From the NCBI GenBank assembly GCA_965199955.1, contig CBDATQ010000002.1, forward strand, positions 256,001 through 320,000: a stretch of DNA of 64,000 nucleotides. The letters run 5' to 3'. Position numbers and translations under genes: made by a program. Positions 18,011 to 27,078 of this stretch are shown piece after piece. This stretch comes from Spirochaetia bacterium. Its GTDB lineage: Bacteria > Spirochaetota > Spirochaetia > SZUA-6 > Bin103. Position 1 is the first letter of the stretch; each line of letters opens with the position of its first letter. The notes below the pieces were generated by a model. The model had not been told where the DNA came from, made no database searches, and saw nothing but the letters and a program-made list of their open reading frames with translations.

Positions 18011-19762
18011 ATGCAGAACGAGAAAGCCGGAGCGCGCGCCAGCGTTCGCTTCGAGCCCGACGACAAGCCGCCGAAGCTTCTGACCTTCGGCTTGGGCCTG
18101 CAGCTCGCCATCCTCTGCCTGGGCGGGATCGTGCTCACGCCGGCCATCGTCGTCCGGGCCGCCGGCGGTGGCGACTCGTACCTCTCCTGGGCCGTGTTCG
18201 GGGCGGTCGCGGTCAGTGGTGTCACCACCGCGCTGCAGGCGCTTCGGGTGGGCAGGATCGGGGCCGGCTACGTGCTCCTGATGGGCACGTCTGGGGCCTT
18301 CATCGCCGTCTCCGTCGCGGCGCTCGCCCAGGGAGGGCCGGCGATGCTCGCCACCCTGGTCGTGATCTCGGCGCTGTTTCAGTTCGTGCTCGCCGCGAGG
18401 CTCTCGCTGTTGCGGCGCATTCTGACCCCGACGGTGGCGGGGACGGTGATCATGCTGATCGCGGTCACGGTGATGCCCATCGTCTTCGATACGCTGGCGG
18501 ACGTGCTGGAGAGCGCTCCGCCTCTGTCCGCGCCGCTGAGCGCCCTCGTTACCGTGCTGGTGATCACCGGACTCGCGTTGAAGGCCACGGGATCGCTCCG
18601 CCTCTGGGCACCCGTCATCGGCGTGGTCGTCGGCTCGGTGGTCGCCGGCCTGTTCGGCCTCTACGACATGGCATCGGTGGCCGGCGCCGGGTGGGTCGGC
18701 GTTCCGGCAGGCGGCTGGCCCGGCTTCGACCTGAGCTTCGGGCCGGTTTTCTGGGCGCTCCTGCCGGCCTTCGTGTTCGTGACGCTGGTCGGCGCGATCG
18801 AGACCATCGGCGACGGCGCCGCCATCCAGCGCGTGTCGTGGCGGCGGCCGCGGGCGGTGGACTTCCGCGCCGTGCAGGGCGCGGTGTCCGCCGACGGCGC
18901 GGGCAACCTGTTGTCAGGCCTGGTCGGTACGGTGCCGAACACGACGTATTCGACCAGCATCGCGGTGACCGAGCTCACCGGCGTGGGGGCGCGCGGCGTC
19001 GGGGTCGCTATCGGGGCGATCTTCGTCGCGCTGGCGTTCCTGCCCAAGGCGCTGGCGGTGGTGCTGGCGATTCCGGGGCCGGTGGCCGCGGCGTACATCA
19101 CGGTGCTGCTGGCGATGCTGTTCGTCACCGGCATGAAGATGGTCATCCAGGACGGGATCGACTACCGCAAGGGACTGGTGGTCGGGGTCTCGTTCTGGGC
19201 CGGCGTCGGCTTCCAGAGCGGCGTGATCTTCCCCGAGTACTTCGCACAGGTGGCCGGCGGATTGCTGCAGAACGGCATGACGGCCGGCGGCCTGGTGGCC
19301 ATCTTGATGACCCTGTTCATGGAGCTGACCTCGCCCCGCCGCCGCCGGATCGAGGTGCGGACCGACCTCGCCGACCTGCCGAAGATCAGGGAGTTCCTGG
19401 GCGCGTTCGCATCCCGCAACGGATGGGATGAGGCGATGGCCGGGCGGCTTGACGCCGCCGGCGAGGAGACGGTGCTGTCGCTGATCGGGGAGGAGGAAGA
19501 CGGCGAGCGCGAGGCGCGGCGTCTGCTGCTGGTCGCCCACAAGCAGGATGGAGGGGCGGTGCTGGAGTTCGTCGCCACCACCGGCCACGAGAACCTGCAG
19601 GACCGGATCGCGTTGCTAGACCCGCGCTCGGCCGAGGTCCCGGACGAGCGCGAGACGTCGCTGCGGCTCCTGCGGCACATCGCCACGTCGGTGCGCCACG
19701 AGCAGTACCACGGCACCGAGATCGTGACCGTGCGCGTGGACGGGCCGCAGCGGGCGCGGTAG
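18011..19762 (+). CDS. NCS2 (xanthine/uracil) permease with a C-terminal degenerate RsbW/HATPase-like domain
   Basis: GLQ, VTTALQ, MGTSGAF, IETIGD, PNTTYSTS; soluble tail of about 140 aa from 19337. Confidence 0.85.
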   Translation: MQNEKAGARASVRFEPDDKPPKLLTFGLGLQLAILCLGGIVLTPAIVVRAAGGGDSYLSWAVFGAVAVSGVTTALQALRVGRIGAGYVLLMGTSGAFIAVSVAALAQGGPAMLATLVVISALFQFVLAARLSLLRRILTPTVAGTVIMLIAVTVMPIVFDTLADVLESAPPLSAPLSALVTVLVITGLALKATGSLRLWAPVIGVVVGSVVAGLFGLYDMASVAGAGWVGVPAGGWPGFDLSFGPVFWALLPAFVFVTLVGAIETIGDGAAIQRVSWRRPRAVDFRAVQGAVSADGAGNLLSGLVGTVPNTTYSTSIAVTELTGVGARGVGVAIGAIFVALAFLPKALAVVLAIPGPVAAAYITVLLAMLFVTGMKMVIQDGIDYRKGLVVGVSFWAGVGFQSGVIFPEYFAQVAGGLLQNGMTAGGLVAILMTLFMELTSPRRRRIEVRTDLADLPKIREFLGAFASRNGWDEAMAGRLDAAGEETVLSLIGEEEDGEREARRLLLVAHKQDGGAVLEFVATTGHENLQDRIALLDPRSAEVPDERETSLRLLRHIATSVRHEQYHGTEIVTVRVDGPQRAR

Positions 19763-19763
19763 C

Positions 19764-20445
19764 TCACCAGTTGGTAAAGGCGCCGTCCTCACGGGACAGG
19801 CGGGGCGGCCAGTCGGTGGCCGTGACCGTCGAGGCCGCCGCCACCTCCAGGTCCATGTCCACCCCGAGGCCGGGAGTGTCGGGGGCGAAGGCGAAGCCGT
19901 CCTGCCAGCCGATCTGTTGCGGGAACAGCGCCTGGGAGAAGGTGCCGGGGCGCTGCGGCATCTCCAGGACGCCGACGTTGGTGGAGGCCATGCACAGCGC
20001 CGTGCAGGCGGCGGCGCTGACCGGCCCCTGCGGATTGTGCGGGGCGATGTCGATGTAGTGGGTCTCCGCCCAGTGGGTGATCTTGAGCGCCTCGGTCAGG
20101 CCGCCGACGATGCACACGTCGATGCGCGCGTAGTTGATCAGCTCCTCCTCGATCACTTCCCGGAACGGCCACTTGGACGCCCACTGCTCCCCCGCCGCGA
20201 TCGGCAGCGAGACGTGGCGCGCCAGCGTCCGGTAGGTGGCCGGGTTCTCGGACCTGATCGGGTCCTCGATGAAGAACGGGTGGAACTCCTCCAGCCACCG
20301 GCACATGCGGATCACGTGCGGCGGGTCGAGCCGGGTGTGCACGTCGAAGCAGAGCTCGATCGCAGGGCCCGCCGCCTCATGTATCGCGCGCATCTGCTCG
20401 ACGGCGATCGCCACCGACTTGTGCGGGTCGAGCACGGCGCTGCGG
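19764..20445 (-). pseudogene. Enolase-superfamily dehydratase, C-terminal fragment
   Basis: CFDVHTR, FIEDPIRSE, AAGEQ, IAPHNP, DGAFTNW are present; the N-terminal capping domain is absent and replaced by PKS-derived sequence. Confidence 0.8.
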
Positions 20446-20777
20446 GGTGCCTCGGCGTACCGCGAGGCGGTCGTCTTCCGCGATGCCGTCGAACTGCGCG
20501 ACCGGCTGCAGTCGCTGGCTTCCGCGGACTCCGGAGCGGAACGGGAGCCGCGGCAGGCTGCGAAGATGGCGTTCGCGTACACGGGCCGGAACGGCGCGTG
20601 GAATTCCGGGGCGCGGGAGCTGTACGAGCGCGAGCCGGTGGCACGGGCGGTGCTCGACCGGTGCGAGGCGGTGCTGCAGGAAGCTAGTCCGAAGTTCCAG
20701 AGCCGAAATTGACGTAACTATTTGAAGCAATGGCAGTTACCGCATTTTGGAGGTGCAATGTGTAGCCACGAGTGTAG

Positions 20778-20806
20778 TTGACGCTCGTTCCTCTTTCTGC
20801 TATCCT
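20778..20806 (+). promoter_or_regulatory. Transposase promoter (leaderless)
   Basis: TTGACG, 17 nt, TATCCT preceded by TG, 7 nt, ATG 20814; mirrored in copy 1. Confidence 0.65.
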
Positions 20807-20813
20807 GGCAACT

Positions 20814-22571
20814 ATGCCCAGCAGACAGGGACCCGTGCATGTAGCCACCACTACGCGCCGCCATGGCAACCGGACCTACCACACCCACCTGCTGCGCCGT
20901 ACCTTCCGCCAGGACGGAAAGATCAAGCACGAAACCCTCGGCAACATCTCCCATCTCCCCGATCACGTCATCGATCTGATCCGCAGAGCCCTCAAGGGCG
21001 AACCGCTGGTCAACCCCAAAGACGCGTTCGACTGCCTGCGCAGCCTCCCCCACGGCCATGTCGCCGCCGTGCTGGGCATCCTCAAGCAGCTCGGACTCCA
21101 TACCCTCATCGCCCGCAAGGCCAGCCGCTCGCGCGAGCTGGTCATCGCCATGATCACCGCCCGCGTCATCGACGCGCAGTCCAAGCTGGCCACCGCCCGC
21201 GCGCTATCACCGCCGAGCGCGGCGTCAACCCTCGGCGAGGCGTTGCGGCTGGGCGAGGTCGATGAGAACGAGCTCTACGAGGCGATGGACTGGTTGGTCG
21301 GGCGCCAGGCGGCGATCGAGGACCGCCTGGCTGAACAGCACCTCAGCGAGCACACGCTGGTGCTCTACGACGTGAGCTCGACCTACTTCGAGGGCAGCCA
21401 CTGCGAGCTGGCGCAGTTGGGACACAGCCGTGACGGCAAGTCGGGCACGCTGCAGATCGTGTTCGGGCTGCTGTGCACCCAGGAAGGCTGTCCGGTGGCG
21501 GTGGAAGTCTTGCCTGGCTCTACCGCCGACCCGAAGACGGTGAGCGCGCAGGTGGACAAGATCCGCACCCGCTTCGGACTCACGCGGGTGGTGCTGGTCG
21601 GCGACCGCGGGATGCTGAGCGCGGCGAGGATCCGCGAGGACCTGCAAGAGGTGGAGGGGCTGCGCTGGATCACCACGCTGCGCGCGCCGACGATCCGCAA
21701 GCTGGTGGCCGCCGGTGAGGTGGCGCCGTCGTTGTTCGACGAGCGCGACCTGGCCGAGATCACCAGCGAGGAGTTTCCGGGCGAGCGGCTGATCGTGTGC
21801 CGCAACCCGTTGCTGGCCGACGAACGGAAGCGCAAGCGCCAGGAGCTGCTACAGGCCACCGAGCAGAAGCTGGCCCCGATCGCTCAGGCCACCCAGCGCG
21901 TCCATCAGCCGCTACGGGGCGAGGCCGAGATCGGCATGCGGGTCGGCAAGGTGATCAATCACTACAAGGTGGGCAAGCACTTCGTGACCGAGATCACCTC
22001 CGAGTCGTTCAGCTTTCGGCGCGATGAGCACAAGATCGCCGCCGAGCAGGCGCTGGACGGGCTGTACATCGTGCGCAGCAACGTGGAGCCGCAGGTGCTC
22101 GACGCGGCGCAGACGGTGCGCGCCTACAAGGGGCTGTCGAAGGTGGAGCGGGCGTTTCGGTGCATGAAGTCCGTGGACCTGAAGGTGCGCCCGATTCACC
22201 ACCGGCGCGCCGATCGGGTGCGGGCGCACGTGCTGCTGTGCATGCTGGCCTACTACGTGGAGTGGCACATGCGGCGCTCGCTGGCGCCGTTGCTGTTCGA
22301 CGATCACGATCGACAGGGCGCCGAGCGCAAGCGGGTCTCCGAAGTGGCGCCGGCGCAGCGATCGGCGGCCGCGGCGGCCAAGGCGTCGAGCAAGCGCACC
22401 GAGGACGGGCTGCCGGTGCACAGCTTTCGGACGTTGATCGACGAACTGGGCACCCTGACGGCGAACACGATGCGAATCGCCGACGGCGAAAGCACATTCA
22501 CGCTGCACACGCACCCGACGCCGGTTCAGCAGCGCTGTTTCGAGCTGCTTGGGATCAAATCCCGCGTGTAG
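20814..22571 (+). CDS. IS1634-family DDE transposase
   Basis: Translation identical to copy 1. Confidence 0.92.
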   Translation: MPSRQGPVHVATTTRRHGNRTYHTHLLRRTFRQDGKIKHETLGNISHLPDHVIDLIRRALKGEPLVNPKDAFDCLRSLPHGHVAAVLGILKQLGLHTLIARKASRSRELVIAMITARVIDAQSKLATARALSPPSAASTLGEALRLGEVDENELYEAMDWLVGRQAAIEDRLAEQHLSEHTLVLYDVSSTYFEGSHCELAQLGHSRDGKSGTLQIVFGLLCTQEGCPVAVEVLPGSTADPKTVSAQVDKIRTRFGLTRVVLVGDRGMLSAARIREDLQEVEGLRWITTLRAPTIRKLVAAGEVAPSLFDERDLAEITSEEFPGERLIVCRNPLLADERKRKRQELLQATEQKLAPIAQATQRVHQPLRGEAEIGMRVGKVINHYKVGKHFVTEITSESFSFRRDEHKIAAEQALDGLYIVRSNVEPQVLDAAQTVRAYKGLSKVERAFRCMKSVDLKVRPIHHRRADRVRAHVLLCMLAYYVEWHMRRSLAPLLFDDHDRQGAERKRVSEVAPAQRSAAAAAKASSKRTEDGLPVHSFRTLIDELGTLTANTMRIADGESTFTLHTHPTPVQQRCFELLGIKSRV

Positions 22572-22855
22572 CCACGCACGCGACCCTGAGGAATCAAGGT
22601 AACTATCATGATCACAAAGACTTCAGAGCATTTCGCTCCTGGAACTTCGGGCTAGTGGCGCCTCGCTGCTGGACGCGTTGTTCGGGAACGCCGGCACGAC
22701 GGAACCGGACGACCGGTCGTGGGTCCGGCTGGCCGGGTATGCGCGCGGTGTGCGCTGACCGCGTTGTGGTCGGCCGTCGGGATCCGCCCGCAGGCCGTTC
22801 TCCGGGAGGGGTCCGGGCAGCTCGCGGCGGCATGGGCGGCGGGCGCGTTCGACTG

Positions 22856-23156
22856 GCAATCAACAACCGCCAGGTCGTGCACGGCTCGTTCGCCAACGTG
22901 TCCGAGTCCCTGCGGGTGACGTTTGGTGTTCGGCTTCTACTCGCGCGCCTCCGTGCTCGGGGTGGTCCGGGGAAATCCGCCCAGGCCGTACGATGCCGCG
23001 CGCATCCATGACCGTTCTCGCATCATCCCGCTTGCCGTCGATGCGCGGCGCCAGCGATATCCGCAGGAACGCCCGTACCGGTACGGGCCGCTGGCCGGAG
23101 AGTTGGACGACAACCGCTGGAGCGATTCCACCCGCGAGTCGATTCTGAAGAACTAG
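22856..23156 (+). pseudogene. PhyH-family dioxygenase, C-terminal fragment
   Basis: AINNRQVVHGSFANVSESLRVT, frameshift near 22922, then VFGFYSRASVLGV...IPLAVDARRQRYP. Confidence 0.6.
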
Positions 23157-23171
23157 ACACGCGGACGATGT

Positions 23172-23906
23172 TCATCTGAAGGGCGCTTCGCGGGCCGGGA
23201 AGTGGTGGTACCGGTCCCGGCCTCGCACCAGGACCGGTTCGTGCAGCCCGCCGTAGGAGTCGGGGCTGACCTGCCTGACCGCGGGTGAGATGTAGCGGGC
23301 CACCAGTCCGCAGCGCCGCCGCGTCGAGCGGTTGGGGTTGCTGGCATGCACGAGCCGGCCGTGGTGGACGGACATCTGGCCGGCGCGCAGCTCCAGGTCG
23401 ACCGCGCCGGTCGTGTCGAGCTGGTCGTCCGGGATCTCCTGGTTGATCGACAGCAGGTTGCCGGCCCGCTCGGCGGTGCCGTGCGCCTTGACGCCCTCGC
23501 GGTGGGAGCGCGGCAGCACCCGCATGCAGCCGTTGGCGGCGTCGCTGTCGTCGATCGCGATCCAGGCGCTGTGCGCCTCGGCCGGCTCCAGGCCCCAGTA
23601 GGTGACGTCCTGGTGCCACGCGACGTAGGAGCCGGCGTCCGGGTCGGGCTGCTTGTTGAAGAAATGGGTGCCGAGCAGCATCACGTCCGGGCCCACCACG
23701 TGCTCCATGACGTCCAGCACGCGCGGATCGGTGGCCAGCCGCCACACGAACTCGTCCTGGAAGTGGCGGGCATGCAGGCCGATCTGGCGCTGTTCGGCCG
23801 GGACCGAGCGCTCGAGCTCGTCGAAGGCACGCCGGGCGGCGGCAACCTCGTCCCCGTCCAGCACGTCGATCCCGGTCAGGAAGCCGGCGTCCTCGTAGCG
23901 GGTCAT
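23172..23906 (-). CDS. PhyH family dioxygenase
   Basis: WHQDVTYW, NGCMRVLPRSH, VHASNPNRSTRRRCG; ATGA overlap. Confidence 0.9.
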   Translation of the reverse strand: MTRYEDAGFLTGIDVLDGDEVAAARRAFDELERSVPAEQRQIGLHARHFQDEFVWRLATDPRVLDVMEHVVGPDVMLLGTHFFNKQPDPDAGSYVAWHQDVTYWGLEPAEAHSAWIAIDDSDAANGCMRVLPRSHREGVKAHGTAERAGNLLSINQEIPDDQLDTTGAVDLELRAGQMSVHHGRLVHASNPNRSTRRRCGLVARYISPAVRQVSPDSYGGLHEPVLVRGRDRYHHFPAREAPFR

Positions 23907-25084
23907 ACGATCCGCCGCAGGCCGTCGGCGAGCCGGTCCAGCGCCTCCGCAAGGGTCGCGTCGTCCGGCGCGGCGTAGGCGATGCGCAGGTAGCAGCCCT
24001 CGGTCAGCCCGAACGCCGCTCCCGGCACGGCCGCGACGCCGTGCTCGGTGATCAGCCGCGAGGCGACCTCCACCGAGTCGGCGCCGGTGGCCACGCGCGC
24101 CAGCGCGTAGAATGCGCCGCGGGTGGCGGGCACCTCCACCAGAGGCGCCAGCTCGCCTAGCGCCCGCAGGACCGCCGATCGCCGTGCGGCGATCCTGGCA
24201 AGATATCCGCGGCAGTAGTCGACGCCTGCGTCCAGCGCCGCGCACGCCGCATACTGCGAGACTATGGGCGGGCAGATGGCGACGGTGTCCTGGATCTTGG
24301 CGGCCGCGTCGCTCAGGTGCGCGGGCAGGCTCAGGTAGCCGACCCGCCAGCTCGCGAACCCGTACGCCTTGGACAGCGAGAACAGGGAGATCGTGTGCTC
24401 GCCGGCATCCGGCAGCGACCCCGGCGAGAAGTGCTCGGCGCCGTCGTGGAGGAAGTACTCGTACGCCTCGTCGTGGACGTGGTAGGCGCCGCGCTCGGCG
24501 CACAGGCGGTTCAGCTCGCGCAGGTCCGCCTCCGGATAGACGGCGCCGGACGGGTTGTTCGGGGAGATCGTCACGACCGCGCGCGTGCGGTCCGTGATCG
24601 CACCGGCCGCGGCGTCCAGGTCGAGCTGGAAGTCGGCGTCGGTCGCGACCAGCACCGGACGGCAGCCCGCCATGGTCACCGCCATCTCGTGGTTGAAGTA
24701 GTACGGGGACATCAGCACCACCTCGTCCCCCTCGTCGCAGGTCGCCAGCAGCGCGTTGACGAACGCCATGTTGCCGCCGGCCGACACCATCAGCTCGTGC
24801 TCGTCGCCGATGGCGATCCCGTTCTCGCGCGCGAGCTTGGCGGCGATGCGCTCGCGCAGAGCCGGGATGCCGTATACGGAGGCGTACTTGTGGTTGGCCG
24901 GGTCGGCCATGAAGCGGTCCAGCGCCTCCGGCACGCCCGGCGGCGGCGGGTATCCGACCACGCCCTGCCCCAGGGAGATGGTGCCCGGGTTGTCGGCGAT
25001 CAGCCGGTGGATGCGCGGGATGATCGGCGGCTGCACGCGCCGCATGCGCTCGGATTGGACGAATGTCGTCTGAAGGGTCTGCAC
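23903..25084 (-). CDS. PLP-dependent aminotransferase class I/II
   Basis: SLGQG, SPNNPSG, HDEAY, SLSKAYGFASWRVGY; TATACT lies 6 nt before GTG 25084. Confidence 0.92.
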   Translation of the reverse strand: MQTLQTTFVQSERMRRVQPPIIPRIHRLIADNPGTISLGQGVVGYPPPPGVPEALDRFMADPANHKYASVYGIPALRERIAAKLARENGIAIGDEHELMVSAGGNMAFVNALLATCDEGDEVVLMSPYYFNHEMAVTMAGCRPVLVATDADFQLDLDAAAGAITDRTRAVVTISPNNPSGAVYPEADLRELNRLCAERGAYHVHDEAYEYFLHDGAEHFSPGSLPDAGEHTISLFSLSKAYGFASWRVGYLSLPAHLSDAAAKIQDTVAICPPIVSQYAACAALDAGVDYCRGYLARIAARRSAVLRALGELAPLVEVPATRGAFYALARVATGADSVEVASRLITEHGVAAVPGAAFGLTEGCYLRIAYAAPDDATLAEALDRLADGLRRIV

Positions 25085-25125
25085 CGCCTTAGTATACTGA
25101 CGGCGAAAGGGGGAACGGAGAACGA

Positions 25126-26001
25126 ATGGCAGGAAAGATCGGCTGGATCGGCACCGGGGTGATGGGGCGCTCGATGTGCCTGCATCTGCGCAAGGCCGGC
25201 TACGAGATGGCGGTCTACAACCGCTCGAAGGACAAGGCGCAGGATCTGCTGGACGCGGGCGCCGTCTGGTGCGACACGCCGGCCGGCGTGGCCGACGGCA
25301 GTGAGGCGGTGTTCAGCATCGTCGGCTACCCGCGTGACGTGGAAGAGGTGTTCCTGGGCTCGGGCGGCGTGCTTGCCGCGACCGCGAGCGGCAGCATGGT
25401 GATCGACATGACCACCTCGGAGCCGGCACTGGCCAAGCGGCTGCACGAACAGGCGGCAGAGCGCGGCGTGGCCTCCCTGGACGCTCCGGTTTCCGGCGGT
25501 GACCTGGGCGCGCGCGCCGGCACGCTGGCGATCATGGTCGGCGGCGACCGCGCCGACTACCACCGCGCCATGCCGTATTTCGAGATCATGGGCGAGAACA
25601 TCGCCTACATGGGCTCGGCCGGCGCGGGACAGCACACCAAGATGAGCAACCAGATCCTGATCGCCTCCACCATGGTGGGGGTGGTCGAGTCGCTGCTGTA
25701 CGGGCACAAGGCGGGGCTGGACCGCGATGAGATCATCGCCGTCATCGGCAAGGGCGCGGCGAGCTGCTTCGCCATCAACAACCTGGCCCCGCGCATCGTC
25801 AAGGGCGACTTCGAGCCCGGCTTCTACATCAAGCACTTCGTCAAGGACATGGGCATCGCCCTCGCCGAGGCGCAGGCGATGCGGCTGGCGCTGCCGGGAC
25901 TGTCGCTGGCCAACCAGTTCTACACGGCGGCGATGGCCGAAGGCCTGGAAGACCGCGGCACGCAGGCGCTGTACAAGGTGCTGGAGCGCCTGAGCAGCTG
26001 A
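25126..26001 (+). CDS. Beta-hydroxyacid dehydrogenase (3-hydroxyisobutyrate/tartronate semialdehyde reductase family)
   Basis: IGWIGTGVMG, DAPVSGGD, GQHTKMSNQ, FVKDM. Confidence 0.92.
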   Translation: MAGKIGWIGTGVMGRSMCLHLRKAGYEMAVYNRSKDKAQDLLDAGAVWCDTPAGVADGSEAVFSIVGYPRDVEEVFLGSGGVLAATASGSMVIDMTTSEPALAKRLHEQAAERGVASLDAPVSGGDLGARAGTLAIMVGGDRADYHRAMPYFEIMGENIAYMGSAGAGQHTKMSNQILIASTMVGVVESLLYGHKAGLDRDEIIAVIGKGAASCFAINNLAPRIVKGDFEPGFYIKHFVKDMGIALAEAQAMRLALPGLSLANQFYTAAMAEGLEDRGTQALYKVLERLSS

Positions 26002-26028
26002 TCGCGGCCCCGCCGCAGGCAGGAGAAG

Positions 26029-27078
26029 GTGCGGGTCGAGACTGACGTTTCGCTGGCCGCAGGCAACACGCTGCGCGTGGCGGCAACGGCACGCTACCTG
26101 GTACGGGTCGGCGGCGGACCGCCCGACCGCCTGGCGCGCGAGCTTGCCGAGCTGCTTGACGATCCGCGCTTCGACCGCCTGCCGCGCATGGTGCTCGGCG
26201 GCGGCAGCAACGTTCTGTTCGCCGGCGACTACCCCGGCGTCGTGGTCATGCCGCGCTCAGGCGGCATCGCGGTACAGGAGGACTCGGAGTCGGCGATCGT
26301 GACGGCCGCCGCCGGTCACGACTGGCACCGGCTGGTGGGTTACACGGTGGCGCGCGGCTGGGGAGGACTCGAGAACCTCAGCCTGATCCCGGGGGCGGTG
26401 GGCGCGGCCCCGATCCAGAACATCGGCGCCTACGGCGCGCAACTCTCCGACGTGTTCGTCGACCTGCAGGCGGTGCCGCTGGACGGCGGCGAGCCGCGCA
26501 CCATGGACGGTGCCGCGTGCGCGTTCGGCTACCGGGACAGTGTCTTCAAGCACGGCCTGCGCGACCGGATGCTGATCACGCAAGTGCGTCTGCGTCTGCG
26601 CACGCGGCCGCGGCTGAACCTGGAATATGCCGGGGTGCGCACGGAGCTCGCGGGTATGGGGATCGCGGCACCCTCGGTCGCCGACGTGAGCCGGGCGGTC
26701 GTCCGCCTGCGCCGCCGCAAGCTGCCCGACCCGGAGCTCGAGCCCAACGCCGGCTCGTTCTTCAAGAATCCCGTGCTCGCGCCCGAACGCTACGAACGGG
26801 CGCGGCAGCGCTGTCCGCGGCTCGCCGGCGTGCCGGCCGGCGGAGGGTTCAAGGTACCGGCCGCGCAGTTGATCGAAGCTTGCGGTCTGCGCGGCCGCCG
26901 CTTCGGGCGTGCCGGCGTGGCGGAGCGCCATGCGCTGGTGCTGGTCAACCACGGTGGCGCCACCGGCGCCGAGCTGCTGGCGGCGGCGGTAGCGGTCGAG
27001 GCGGCGGTGATGGAGCGGTTCGAGGTGGGACTGGAACGCGAAGTGCGGGTGATCGGCGGCGAGGGAGGAGGTGCATGA
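26029..27078 (+). CDS. murB: UDP-N-acetylmuramate dehydrogenase
   Basis: LGGGSNVLF, GLENLSLIPG, QNIGAYG, FGYRDS, NAGSFFKNP, HALVLVN, LEREV. Confidence 0.95.
   Translation: MRVETDVSLAAGNTLRVAATARYLVRVGGGPPDRLARELAELLDDPRFDRLPRMVLGGGSNVLFAGDYPGVVVMPRSGGIAVQEDSESAIVTAAAGHDWHRLVGYTVARGWGGLENLSLIPGAVGAAPIQNIGAYGAQLSDVFVDLQAVPLDGGEPRTMDGAACAFGYRDSVFKHGLRDRMLITQVRLRLRTRPRLNLEYAGVRTELAGMGIAAPSVADVSRAVVRLRRRKLPDPELEPNAGSFFKNPVLAPERYERARQRCPRLAGVPAGGGFKVPAAQLIEACGLRGRRFGRAGVAERHALVLVNHGGATGAELLAAAVAVEAAVMERFEVGLEREVRVIGGEGGGA

Larger units (their letters stand above)
20689..22650 (+). mobile_element. IS1634-family insertion sequence, copy 2 (1962 bp), with 6-bp target duplication
   Basis: Same inverted repeats as copy 1; GCTAGT at both 20683-20688 and 22651-22656. 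Confidence 0.95.
20446..22855 (+). pseudogene. Type I PKS KS-AT linker and degenerate acyltransferase fragment, split by IS copy 2
   Basis: AYREAVVFRD...KMAFAYTG...ELYEREPVARAVLDRCEAVLQEAS [IS] GASLLDALFG...(frameshift near 22748) CALTALWSAVGIRPQAVLREGSGQLAAAWAAG. Confidence 0.75.

Noticed and set aside
20778..20813. TTG start of the transposase given by the ORF track
   Set aside because: That TTG is the -35 box of the promoter; ATG 20814 fits better.
9870..22650. Composite transposon carrying the 8.9-kb cargo
   Set aside because: The outer flanks (ACTAGC, GCTAGT) are not direct repeats, and copy 2 has its own duplication inside a continuous PKS fragment, so it inserted independently.
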